Assembly (NCBI GenBank): GCA_965198175.1
Contig: OZ240245.1
Span: 224,001 to 288,000, forward strand
Direction: 5' to 3'
Origin: Candidatus Poribacteria bacterium
Lineage (GTDB): Bacteria > Poribacteria > WGA-4E > PCPOR2b
DNA: 64,000 nucleotides
Position numbers and translations under genes: made by a program. Each line of letters begins with the position of its first letter. Position 1 is the stretch's first letter. The notes beneath the pieces were generated by a model, which did no database searches, was not told the origin of the DNA, and saw only the letters and a program-made list of their open reading frames with translations. Below are positions 11,045 to 20,538 of the stretch, piece by piece.

Positions 11045-11806
11045 ATGCACGAGTCCAACGATAATTATAGTCGAGACCTATCCGTGCTTGAAAAGTCAGT
11101 GGAACTTGGAGACAAAGTTTCACAATATGAATCTGAACTATCGAGAATTGAAACTCATCAAGCCACATTAGCAATAGGCAGTCCGCAGTGGAAGGAGGTT
11201 GAGAGAGCTAGAATAATTACAACTGCCAAATTGCAGCATTACAGATTTGCATGGTTTTCCCTTACAACTGGCGAACTAGTTGGAACTGAATATAATAACA
11301 AGCCTTTAACCGCAGAATCGCCACTCGAAGATTTTATAGCGATGGAATGTGATTTATCAGAACAACGTTATGGCATCAGAGTAATGGACGCCAATTCGGT
11401 TACGTTTGTTGGCAATTATGTCCGTGAAACAGCCAATAACTGTCAGACAGTAAATAAAACCGTCAACATGAAAGCAGCCATTATTCTAAAGTTGCTCACC
11501 TGTATAGTTTTGGGCGCAATTGCGGGTCTGGTGCTTAACTTTGTCCACGATCCTCACGCACGAGATGATGTGTTAGTGGGTTCGATTTTGATTGGTTCAA
11601 CTTTTGGACTGTTTTTAGGTATAAGTTGGGCAATCCGACGAAAGAAGGTGCGGGCTGCCTTTGTGGCGCCGGCACTAACAGGCATTTTCTGGAGTCTGGT
11701 AGGGATGAGTATACAGAATGCCCTGCTTGTGTATGTGGCAATCCCTACGGGGTTGTTCGTTGGAATTGTGTGGGCCCTTGCATATGCAGGTGCATTTAGA
11801 GGCTAA
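11045..11806 (+). CDS. Hypothetical protein, soluble N-half and ~4 TM C-half
   Basis: AAGGAG RBS before ATG 11045; hydrophobic segments from MKAAIIL onward. Confidence 0.65.
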   Translation: MHESNDNYSRDLSVLEKSVELGDKVSQYESELSRIETHQATLAIGSPQWKEVERARIITTAKLQHYRFAWFSLTTGELVGTEYNNKPLTAESPLEDFIAMECDLSEQRYGIRVMDANSVTFVGNYVRETANNCQTVNKTVNMKAAIILKLLTCIVLGAIAGLVLNFVHDPHARDDVLVGSILIGSTFGLFLGISWAIRRKKVRAAFVAPALTGIFWSLVGMSIQNALLVYVAIPTGLFVGIVWALAYAGAFRG

Positions 11807-11832
11807 TTTCTTACGAAAAGGACGGTTTCCAC

Positions 11833-12411
11833 ATGAACACTAAACAGAAGCTAAGCTACATGGTGGTTGGCGGTATTATTGGCGTGGTTGGAATGGTTAT
11901 CGGAATGTCGGTTCTGTCCGTATCGGCAGCACGGGATAATTTCGGCGATATTGAATGCACTAGTTTGCGGGTAGTTGATAAAGATAGACGGTCTGTAGTA
12001 GAAATCAGTGCATTTGGACATGGCGGGATTGTCAGAGTACGCGGGCACGATGGTATGACTCGGGCAGCTCTTAGCGTTGGTGCGAACGGCGGGGTTGTGG
12101 CAGTTAGCGATAACGATGGGATGCCTAGGGCAAGTCTCTATGTGAGAAAGAATGGGCAGGGAGGAGGTATCGCGGTAGTTGGCCGCGATGGGAAGACTAA
12201 GGCCGGCTTAAATGAAGCTGAACATGGCGGAGTTGTCGCAGTGTATGATAGCAATGATGAGGTACGAGCAGGGCTCTATGTGAAAGCACATGGCGGGGTT
12301 GTCACGGTGCACGGAAACGAAGGGAATTCGGGGGCTGCTGTGCTCCATGTAAACGAATATGGGAACGGCGTGCTGTCGCTGTGGGACAAACGCGGGTATC
12401 GGCTAAAATAG
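11833..12411 (+). CDS. Membrane-anchored Gly-rich repeat protein (GG.V.V.G..G..RA.L repeats)
   Basis: N-terminal TM, RDNFGDIECTSLRVVD motif, ~22-aa repeats, ends EYGNGVLSLWDKRGYRLK. Confidence 0.8.
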   Translation: MNTKQKLSYMVVGGIIGVVGMVIGMSVLSVSAARDNFGDIECTSLRVVDKDRRSVVEISAFGHGGIVRVRGHDGMTRAALSVGANGGVVAVSDNDGMPRASLYVRKNGQGGGIAVVGRDGKTKAGLNEAEHGGVVAVYDSNDEVRAGLYVKAHGGVVTVHGNEGNSGAAVLHVNEYGNGVLSLWDKRGYRLK

Positions 12412-12430
12412 AGAAACATGGGGGAAAACG

Positions 12431-12931
12431 ATGATGTTTAGCATTCAGAATTGGCAACACAAACTGGTTTTTGCGGGCTTTGGAAGCCTATTTACGCTAG
12501 CGGGTGTATTGTTCGCGATGGGTTTACTCACGCCAGCAACAGCACGCCGAGATAAATTTGGCGAGATTGTATGCACGAAGTTGACGGTGGTTGCCAACAA
12601 CGGTGAGCGTTTGGTAACGATTGGGCTTGGTGCAAATAAAGACGGCGGGGAAATCGAAGTGTATAACACTAAGGGTGAATCCTTGGTTTCGATCGCGGTG
12701 GCTGAAAACGTAGCCTATGATACACATCACGGCGGCATTGTCATTGTACGTGGGAAGTCGGTTGACGGGCTTAAGGATAAATTCGGACAGGTATCCATTG
12801 GTACGCTTCGCTACGATGGCGGGGGTATAGTAGAAATTATGAAAGAGGGAGAAAATGCTCGTGAGCCAGTCCACAGGGCAACACTGGAGGTGGATGGGCT
12901 GTGGATAGGGCGTCACCACTATTGGCCCTGA
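12431..12931 (+). CDS. Paralog of the 11833-12411 protein
   Basis: Shares RDKFGEIVCTKLTVV and HGG.V.V motifs; N-terminal TM. Confidence 0.78.
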   Translation: MMFSIQNWQHKLVFAGFGSLFTLAGVLFAMGLLTPATARRDKFGEIVCTKLTVVANNGERLVTIGLGANKDGGEIEVYNTKGESLVSIAVAENVAYDTHHGGIVIVRGKSVDGLKDKFGQVSIGTLRYDGGGIVEIMKEGENAREPVHRATLEVDGLWIGRHHYWP

Positions 12932-12997
12932 TTCCCGGTAGTACGGTTTTGATGTGTAGCAGGATTAAGACGCTTGAAATGATTAGGAAGAAAATCA

Positions 12998-13192
12998 ATG
13001 CTAACTATACGTAGGGCGTTAGCCGTTATTGTAATCGTGATTCTGTCCGTTTGGTGGCTTATGGCGTTATGGTATGGGTGTACCGGACTAATAATCAATC
13101 CTTCTCACGCAATCGCAATGCTCTTTTGGGTTGTTGTAATTCCGTTTATCATAAGATGGCTTTGGCGATTCTTAAAAAAAACTAAGCCTTAA
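12998..13192 (+). CDS. Small 2-TM hypothetical protein
   Basis: 64 aa, two hydrophobic helices, basic tail, AGGA upstream. Confidence 0.6.
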   Translation: MLTIRRALAVIVIVILSVWWLMALWYGCTGLIINPSHAIAMLFWVVVIPFIIRWLWRFLKKTKP

Positions 13193-13299
13193 CTACATAA
13201 CAAGGACGTTTGTCGATAAAATTGATGAATACAAATCATAGGCTCTGTTCAATGGTAATCGACTAGTTATTGATCGTCGCCGGTGCTATGTGTCAATTT

Positions 13300-13420
13300 A
13301 CAATGTGGGTGCGTCAATGTCTTACTTAGGCAAAGGCGCGGACTGGGCCGCCATAGGTATCAACCAAAACGGCAACAGGTCGGTCTCTACTTGGGATAAA
13401 AACTGCTATCGACAGTTAGG
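13300..13420 (+). pseudogene. Degenerate C-terminal fragment of the Gly-rich family
   Basis: GKGADWAAIGINQNGNRSVSTWDKNCYRQ parallels AAVLHVNEYGNGVLSLWDKRGYR; no intact 5' part. Confidence 0.6.
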
Positions 13421-13595
13421 CAGAGCTATCCCCGACTGCTACCTTAGTTAACGGCGGGTTTGTCGATCGCTTTCAAGTATTGAATCCGGAATTAGCTGAT
13501 ATACTATCGCCAAAATAGATGGATACCATTTAAATGCCATTTCTAATTCCGACTTTCGAATTAATTTGGACACATCATGTAATTACAATTCCACT

Positions 13596-13985
13596 TCATT
13601 TGTATGGTCGTTCAGCAATATCAATCTCATTCTTGATATTTCCCTGAAGTCCAACAGTGTCAATCCTAACCTCTACACCCGGTTTGTCAGTGACGATTCT
13701 GTATTCTTTGTTCGATTCTAACCTCACGCGATTATCACCTTTTCCGTCAATATAACAATCGTCAGAAAAACCTTTCTTTTTTAGTTTTTTTAATACAATT
13801 GCACACTTCCACTCTCCACTTGAGTTTTTCGTTCGACCCTCAACTGTGACCCTCTCAGGACAAGATTCAAAGTCAATTTTGCATTCTACATGGATATGAT
13901 GATTAGCACCATCCTTCAAAGTTTCAAAAGGCTTCGATTCGGTTTCTGTTGAATTGAGTTGTGGACAAGGCAATTTATCTTGCAT
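13596..13985 (-). CDS. Hypothetical protein in low-GC segment
   Basis: GGAGG RBS before ATG 13985 (MQDKLPCP...); ORF track starts further upstream at 14036. Confidence 0.55.
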   Translation of the reverse strand: MQDKLPCPQLNSTETESKPFETLKDGANHHIHVECKIDFESCPERVTVEGRTKNSSGEWKCAIVLKKLKKKGFSDDCYIDGKGDNRVRLESNKEYRIVTDKPGVEVRIDTVGLQGNIKNEIDIAERPYK

Positions 13986-14298
13986 CGTGAATCCTCCAAA
14001 CGTGTAACAATTCCGTAAAATCTTCTGTTTTAACAATAGTTTAGTAGAATCTCATAGTTATTTTACGATATACACTGCACGGGTGCAAGAATTTCCTGTC
14101 GTCAAGGTTACCCTTATTGGTGAAATATTGAGGGAAATATAGTTGAACACAACAAAAATCAACTTCATTTTTAATCTCCTTTTGAATGGGTTGGATTTGC
14201 TTTTCAGCAGATATAGACAGATCAAAATGTTCCGCTATGAGACTCCCATTTGTCAAGAGAAAAATGAGGTCAATTTAGGAATTTAACCATGAATGACT

Positions 14299-15117
14299 GG
14301 TTCTGTTGACATTTGTTTATATGGTTGTGGCATAATAGAAGAATGATGCCTATAACCTTACCTGATGTCCATTGGAGAAAAATATACCAGTTTCTTCTAA
14401 GCTGTTCCAACATCTATGTCCGTAACGAATCCGGAACCCGACGATTCGTCGAAGCCGTGCTGTGGGTAGCTCGCAGCGGTGCGCAATGGAGATTATTACC
14501 AAACGCCTATGGCAATTGGAACTCGGTGTACAAGCGGTTTAGTAACTGGTGCGACATAGGAGTTTTCACACAGATACACTGTTACTTCACTTCTGACTCA
14601 GATATAGAGTCGCTTATTATTGACACTACCATTTGCCGGGCTCACCCATGCACGGCGGGCGCCTCAAAAAAACGGAGGTACCGAAAACCAAGCGTTAGGA
14701 CGCTCTCGCGGCGGTTTCAGCACCAAGATTCACATCACAGTTGACGCACTGGGTAATCCGCTTAGACTCCATCTAACCCCCGGTCAGAGACATGACATAG
14801 CTGAAGCCGAAGCTTTGATAGTTGGATATAACAGCGAGCATGTAATTGGAGACAAGGGGTACGACTCGGACGACTTTATCACGGTTATTGAGACGAATGG
14901 AGCCACGGCGGTGATACCGCCTCGACGTAATCGTGGTGCTCAAAGAACATACGACCGACATTTATACAAAGAGAGACATCTGGTTGAATGTTTCATCAAC
15001 AAGATAAAATGGTATCGTCGTATCTTTTCTCGTTTCGAGAAACTGGCTGCCCGTTATTTTGGATTTCTGAGTTTTGTCTCTACTCTTATCTGGCTACGTT
15101 GAAATGTCAACAGAACC
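14299..15117 (+). mobile_element. IS5-family insertion sequence (IS427-like group), two-ORF transposase
   Basis: 16-bp IRs ggttctgttgacattt / aaatgtcaacagaacc; ORFs 14313-14744 and 14620-15102 overlap at A7 run 14666-14672. Confidence 0.92.
14313..15102 (+). CDS. IS5-family transposase split across two frames
   Basis: ORF A: RSGAQWRLLP..YGNWNSVYKRF, IDTTICRAH; ORF B: GRSRGGFSTKIH, GDKGYDSD, YKERHLVECFINKIK. Confidence 0.9.
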
Positions 15118-15163
15118 TAGCAATGAAACGAATTAACCGGAATTTTAACTCCGGATTACAACC

Positions 15164-16414
15164 ATGAATACAGCATCCTCGACCAATCCCCAGGACTACT
15201 ATCTTGAAGAAATGTCCAGAATTACTAGCGAGATAGTAAAACAATCAGGCACCGCCAACTGCATCTACCGTGGAGAACCTGAAACGTACGATCAAGAACC
15301 ATTCTGCGGCAAGGTATCCTCAACTCTCTACCGCACTGCCCCCGTCATGCCTGACTCGGGCAAAATCAGTATGCCAAACTTACAGCAAGGAATCCTTTAC
15401 CAAGTCAGACGCTACATCCCCGCATACGAATATAAAGATAAATTTGAAATATTAACTGAACTTCAACATTACGGAGCTGAAACCAATCTGATAAATTTTA
15501 CTTCCGACTACAGCATCGCTCTCTTCTTTGCCTGCAACGGCTTTCATGACAAAGATGGTAGAGTTATCTTGATGGAAACAACAGATGAAACAAAAGAAAA
15601 ATACTGTATTCGCGAACCTGAGAGTGCGCAAAACAGCGTGCTCGCTCAGAAGAGTGTGTTCGTCCAGCCGCCTGACGGTTACATCGCCTCTGAAGACATT
15701 CGCATTTTTCTTGTACCGGCCCGCCTTAAACAGTGGATTTTGATTCACCTTGCAAAAATCAGGAACATCTCCACGCAATCCGTCTTCAACGACCTACATG
15801 GATTCATACGCCACCGGAATTTGACTTGGTCGGACGGTCCCAAACGACCCCTTTTTCCAGCGGAGAAAACATATAACGAGATGCTTCGTTCCAAACACGC
15901 GTCTATCGAAGAAAAGAAGCAAAAGATTTTCCCGCTGATTAAAGCCTACACTTCAGCAATACAATATTCTTCGTACGACGCTACAATCTATGTTAAACTA
16001 GCACTATGTTACGCAAAAACGCGTGAACTCAAGAGGGCAATTGAGACCTTAACCAAAGCTATCTATTTGAAAGATGATTATGCCTACGCTTATATGGTTC
16101 GCGGTGGGTTTTACTCTCTACTGAAGGAACATGACCGTAGCATAAAGGATTACACGAGCGTGATATCACTCCAACCCAGCTTTCTACCCAAAGTTTATAT
16201 TTATCGTGGTAGAGAATGGTTAAAATTGGAAAGATGGAACAATGCCCGATCGGATTTACTGTTTGCAAAGGAGAACGGAGAGGAGATTGTTGCTGAATTC
16301 AGTTATTACCACACTAGCGTCGGCGACTTTGAGCAGAAATTTGGTGTGAAATTGCCTCCAGACATCGCCGCAATGCTACACCGTGGAGAGCCGCCTCAAA
16401 CACACGGAGAATAA
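15164..16414 (+). CDS. FRG-domain protein with C-terminal TPR repeats
   Basis: IYRGE, VSSTLYR, LQHYGAETNLINFT...IALFFAC, AQKSVF; TPR-like AIETLTKAIYLKDDYAYAYMVRG. Confidence 0.85.
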   Translation: MNTASSTNPQDYYLEEMSRITSEIVKQSGTANCIYRGEPETYDQEPFCGKVSSTLYRTAPVMPDSGKISMPNLQQGILYQVRRYIPAYEYKDKFEILTELQHYGAETNLINFTSDYSIALFFACNGFHDKDGRVILMETTDETKEKYCIREPESAQNSVLAQKSVFVQPPDGYIASEDIRIFLVPARLKQWILIHLAKIRNISTQSVFNDLHGFIRHRNLTWSDGPKRPLFPAEKTYNEMLRSKHASIEEKKQKIFPLIKAYTSAIQYSSYDATIYVKLALCYAKTRELKRAIETLTKAIYLKDDYAYAYMVRGGFYSLLKEHDRSIKDYTSVISLQPSFLPKVYIYRGREWLKLERWNNARSDLLFAKENGEEIVAEFSYYHTSVGDFEQKFGVKLPPDIAAMLHRGEPPQTHGE

Positions 16415-16617
16415 GCGCATGGATAAACCAACAAACAACCGTGCATATCGGCAGCAAACACACACACCCAACTCGACAATCAAATAGACTGGATCGCAAT
16501 CGCGCCCGATGTCGTACCTTGTGGTGGATGTGCGCTTTCCCTGTGTCAATGCCTAAGGCAAATTAGCCTATTAACGTAAAAAAGGTTTACGACATGGCTT
16601 TCGAACATCCGAAACGG

Positions 16618-16899
16618 CTATGACTTTTTCCTCGAATGAAATTGGGCGATAAAGTCGAGATGGTTTTGCAGCATAGTCGCTAACATCGCGTCTTGTTTGT
16701 CCAATCGTCGATTGATATCATCTATCCTTCGATCCATCTCTGATGCCCTCTGATCCATGCGATTTTCTAACATTCTAGCTTGTGTCTGCACCTCCTTTTT
16801 TAGCCCTTTGCGCAAGTTCCCATTCGCTTTCCAACCGAAACCTACTATCACGATAATAGTCCCCACCGTATGCAAAACATCCATCAAATACGCATCCAT
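16618..16899 (-). CDS. Small protein, N-terminal TM plus coiled coil
   Basis: 93 aa, GGGGG RBS; MDQRASEMDRRIDDINRRLDKQD heptad pattern. Confidence 0.75.
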   Translation of the reverse strand: MDAYLMDVLHTVGTIIVIVGFGWKANGNLRKGLKKEVQTQARMLENRMDQRASEMDRRIDDINRRLDKQDAMLATMLQNHLDFIAQFHSRKKS

Positions 16900-16919
16900 G
16901 ATTTACCCCCTTTTAATTG

Positions 16920-17099
16920 TCATTTCCCATATTTGAACTGTGATTGTCCCATTCTGCCAGCTCTGCACTTGTATAGTGAGCGTACATCTTGGCATCCTTC
17001 CATTCTCCAGCAGTCTACATATCCACCACCGGCGATCGATTCCGTTGTTTCGGCAGAAATAATCAGATGATTATCATTCACTCGTTGGATTGTGCCCAT
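16920..17099 (-). CDS. 59-aa small ORF below the ORF-track cutoff
   Basis: AAGGAG-6nt-ATG; MGTIQRVNDNHLIISAETTESIAGGGYVDCWRMEGCQDVRSLYKCRAGRMGQSQFKYGK*; ends 20 nt before the next start. Confidence 0.45.
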   Translation of the reverse strand: MGTIQRVNDNHLIISAETTESIAGGGYVDCWRMEGCQDVRSLYKCRAGRMGQSQFKYGK

Positions 17100-17177
17100 C
17101 GTAATCTCCTTGCGCTTCTACCGATACCCGTGTTTGTCCTACGTCAATCGCTGTTCCCATATCACTCAAAAAGCAAG

Positions 17178-17206
17178 TTGACACACGCTAATACTTGTGT
17201 TAGAAT
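17178..17206 (+). promoter_or_regulatory. Sigma70-type promoter, conserved in copy 1 at 8970-8998
   Basis: TTGACA-17nt-TAGAAT; copy 1 TTGACA-17nt-TAGCAT. Confidence 0.6.
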
Positions 17207-17532
17207 GGCGCAGTATTTCATTGTTTGCGATTTGTGGTGTGGAACAGAACCCCCTTAACACGTGGCACGTGTCGGCCCCTATTGACGAAAAACCCATCAA
17301 TGGGAATTGGCATTAATTGGGTTCGATAATCACTTGCTAAGCCGAAGGAAGGTGCTTTAGCAGAAATCTTGTTTAATGTTTTAGGAGCGATTCGGGGGCT
17401 AAAAAAAATGGAGCACGAGAGAGGTAAATTTCCGCCGGTCCAGAATGGTAAGCATACATTCATGGACATGAGAATTTCATCATCAGCGAAAACAAAGTTC
17501 TCGCACTCCTTGGGTAGGTTTGACTCTAAAGG

Positions 17533-17898
17533 TTAGTTCGTTGCTGCGGCGCTGAATCCGGCTTGTTTGACAGCGTCAGTAAGTTGTGCAACTGAGGCTT
17601 TGCCTGTATCGCACTGGACTACTGCTTTACCTTCCGCTTGGGAAACATCGACACTAATCACGCCAGGCACCTGAGTGAGTGCAGACTGCACTCTGGCTAC
17701 ACAGCCGCCTCATGTCATTCCCGTAACCGCTAACGTGATTTCTTTAGCAGCAGCCATTGATGGCTCTTCAGCAGTGGCATCAGTAGCTTCACTGGTTTGC
17801 TGCGATGTTTCTGGAGCCTGTTCCATTTTCTCTGAAGCGCAGCCGATGACCAAAATCATTGCCATGCAACAGAGTAGAGCGAACTGCAATAAACGCAT
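17533..17898 (-). CDS. HMA-domain (CopZ/MerP-like) lipoprotein, predicted selenoprotein (UGA at codon 63)
   Basis: AGGAGG RBS, lipobox VIGC; reading through TGA 17710-17712 gives ITLAVTGMT-U-GGCVARVQSALTQVPGVISVDVSQAEGKAVVQCDTGKASVAQLTDAVKQAGFSA to TAA at 17533. Confidence 0.88.
17677..17693 (-). promoter_or_regulatory. Candidate bacterial SECIS hairpin
   Basis: GAGUGCA-GUC-UGCACUC, perfect 7-bp stem starting 16 nt after UGA, G first in apical loop. Confidence 0.75.
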
Positions 17899-17941
17899 TT
17901 TGAGGAACCTCCTATTCAAATAAAGATTTAAGAATGCTGTT

Positions 17942-17971
17942 ATTCTACGTCATTGCATCACATTTTGTCAA
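17942..17971 (-). promoter_or_regulatory. Sigma70-type promoter of the HMA gene
   Basis: Minus strand TTGACA-18nt-TAGAAT. Confidence 0.55.
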
Positions 17972-18066
17972 ACATAATCGGAACGAAGCGTGAAATGTAA
18001 ATTCAATGCGATCGCAGCCCTAAGCGTTCAGGATATAAACTCAGGGACACATTTAGCCACGCCCTT

Positions 18067-20532
18067 ATGAAACGATTGTCCTGGATTTTCGCCCTATTTC
18101 TTGTTTTATCCCCCTCAATTTCCAACGTAACTGCTCAGAGCAGTTACCATGAAACAACGACCTCCCAAAATGACGAAAATATCCACTCGCTCGCGCAAGA
18201 TGTTCAAATTGTCCCGGCGCCTATCACAGAATCAACCAACTCCCAAGCAAATTTGACATCACCTGCTCCTCGTCAATCAAAAGATTGGAGCACAATTATC
18301 AGGTCCGCCGGTATCGAGCCCGATGCCGAAAAGTGTCTAGATTGTCACTTCAACGGACAATCTTCCACGCAAGCGCACTCCGGAAATCACCTGAATCTCC
18401 ACTGCCCGGAGATATTTGGTTGTACGCTCTGCCATGGCGGGGATGCGGGGGCAACCGAGATGCAAGAAGCACACATTTCTACAGACGAATTTCCATTTTT
18501 TAAAGGTCGTCGTGTGGAGGCGGCTTGTGGAAAATGTCACACTGCGCCCGCGGTGCCAGGCGCCCTCTCGCTCTCCGGTGGAAGATTTGTGCTAAATAAA
18601 TATGGCTGCTTGACTTGCCACGACCTACCCATAGAAATCCCCATAGCGCGGTATGCTCCTCGTCTAGATACCGTTGGCAACAAAGTCACAAAAACATGGC
18701 TGAGACAGTGGCTTGAAGATCCAACGATTTATCTTCCAGAATCAAAGATGCCAAAAATTGAGATGTCTGAGCATGAGCGAGAAACCATCGTCGAATTTCT
18801 CATGGCCTTACGGAATGATGGACTTTTCCAAACGATTACTGGAACAGGTAACGCCGAAAATGGCAGGAAGATTTTCGTAACGAATGAATGCCAATCTTGT
18901 CATGCATCGGATGGAGCGAATGACAGCCCAGGTCCCAATCTTGAACAGGTCGGAACGAAAATAAATCGCTTATGGCTCATGACCTATCTCCGAAACCCCG
19001 CGGCGCTCCATCCGCATACAAAAATGCCCGACTACGAGTTTTCAGACCAGGCAATTTTAGATGTGAGTGAATATCTGTTGAGTCATTTTTCTGATGGCAA
19101 AACCCCATTGGAAACATTCCCTGATAATGCTTCCAATCCCTCCCAAGCTAGCGAAGGTTTCAAACACTATATCAGCAAAGGATGCGCTCAGTGTCATGGC
19201 ATCACGAAATATATGGAGGTGAATGTCACTGGAAAACTGAAGGCGTGGGATATTGAGGAAGCCATCGAGCGAATTCAAACACATCGTGGAGTCAACATCG
19301 AAACCCCAGAAATTGACATTCCTGAGTCGGACCTGGAATTGATGAAGAACCCCCTTTTGGCAATGCAACAAAATGATACTTATAAACTGCTCAGATACAA
19401 TTTGGGCGAGAGGTCTCCGAGAGATATAAGTCAATTTTTGTCGAAATTTTGGCAGTTTCCAATCCCTCTTCAGGGTGAACCGCCCGAATATTACAGCAAA
19501 ACGGTGACTCCACTCACCCCTGAATCCTGTGGAAATTGCCATACCAAACAGTGGGAAGATTGGAAAACCACCCGTCATGCAGTGGCGCTGGGACCTGGGG
19601 TTTGGGGACAGCTAATCGGGCAAACACCCCGATTTATTGAGAGTTGCTCTCCCTGCCATGCACCATTAGCTGAACAACATCAGCATTTACCAACGCCGCA
19701 AGGTGGACATGTCTTAAACCAACAGTACGATGCACAACTACAATCTCAGGGGCTTGCTTGCGCCGCGTGTCACGTCCGAGCGCACCAACGGTTCGGTCCC
19801 CCGTTCTCAGAAATTGCGTCCGCAGCAAGTGTTTTTGGCGAAGGGCACCACGGTGGCGCGGTGGCAAGTCGCGCCTACAAGGATTCTGCCTTCTGCAAGC
19901 CGTGTCATCAGTTTGAGCAGAACGGGTTTAGTCTGAATGACAAACTTCTAGAAAATACATACAATGAGTGGATTGACAGTCCTCATGCCAAACAGGGGGA
20001 AACCTGCCAATCGTGTCACATGCCTGACCGCCGTCATCAGTGGCGCGGTATCCATGACCCCGATACTGTGCGAAACGCCCTCAATTTAGATGTCCATGTA
20101 AAAAATCAGCGCAAAATCATCGAAGCCGACATCCGGTTGACGAATGCGGGAGCGGGTCACTACTTGCCAACCTACATCACGCCCGCAATATTTGTCACCG
20201 TGCGGATGCTGGATGCCACTGGAAATCCTGTTCATGACACCGAACAGGTGCGAGCAATTCAACGACGGGCGCCATTGACGTTAGACCGGGAATTATTCGA
20301 CACGCGCATCCCCCCAGGCGGGACATGGGTGTATACCTATAAAGCTTCGAGATCCGAACAGGCGAAATCCCTTGAAATCCGCATTGATGTCCATCCAGAC
20401 CACTTCTATAATGGATTTTTTAAGATATTCCGCGCCAAAAGTCCAGAGGCGCAACAACACATTGTCGAAGCGCTTGAAACCACTGAAAAGAGTCCCTACC
20501 TATTGTTGACCGAGCAGATACCCTTGGAGTAA
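18067..20532 (+). CDS. Multiheme c-type cytochrome (11 CxxCH motifs)
   Basis: Signal peptide; CLDCH, CTLCH, CGKCH, CLTCH, CQSCH, CAQCH, CGNCH, CSPCH, CAACH, CKPCH, CQSCH. Confidence 0.93.
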   Translation: MKRLSWIFALFLVLSPSISNVTAQSSYHETTTSQNDENIHSLAQDVQIVPAPITESTNSQANLTSPAPRQSKDWSTIIRSAGIEPDAEKCLDCHFNGQSSTQAHSGNHLNLHCPEIFGCTLCHGGDAGATEMQEAHISTDEFPFFKGRRVEAACGKCHTAPAVPGALSLSGGRFVLNKYGCLTCHDLPIEIPIARYAPRLDTVGNKVTKTWLRQWLEDPTIYLPESKMPKIEMSEHERETIVEFLMALRNDGLFQTITGTGNAENGRKIFVTNECQSCHASDGANDSPGPNLEQVGTKINRLWLMTYLRNPAALHPHTKMPDYEFSDQAILDVSEYLLSHFSDGKTPLETFPDNASNPSQASEGFKHYISKGCAQCHGITKYMEVNVTGKLKAWDIEEAIERIQTHRGVNIETPEIDIPESDLELMKNPLLAMQQNDTYKLLRYNLGERSPRDISQFLSKFWQFPIPLQGEPPEYYSKTVTPLTPESCGNCHTKQWEDWKTTRHAVALGPGVWGQLIGQTPRFIESCSPCHAPLAEQHQHLPTPQGGHVLNQQYDAQLQSQGLACAACHVRAHQRFGPPFSEIASAASVFGEGHHGGAVASRAYKDSAFCKPCHQFEQNGFSLNDKLLENTYNEWIDSPHAKQGETCQSCHMPDRRHQWRGIHDPDTVRNALNLDVHVKNQRKIIEADIRLTNAGAGHYLPTYITPAIFVTVRMLDATGNPVHDTEQVRAIQRRAPLTLDRELFDTRIPPGGTWVYTYKASRSEQAKSLEIRIDVHPDHFYNGFFKIFRAKSPEAQQHIVEALETTEKSPYLLLTEQIPLE

Positions 20533-20538
20533 AGCAAA

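Larger units (their letters stand above)
16542..17573. repeat. Copy 2 of the direct duplication (copy 1 at 8492-9362)
   Basis: Colinear with copy 1, plus ~170 bp (about 16925-17075) absent from copy 1. Confidence 0.92.

Noticed and set aside
11039..13200. Integron cassette array
   Set aside because: Co-oriented short orphans, but no attC-like sites or integrase recognised.
17710..17919. 69-aa ORF as the complete product, or a nonsense pseudogene
   Set aside because: UGA falls exactly at the motif Cys, the downstream domain is intact, and a SECIS-like hairpin follows.
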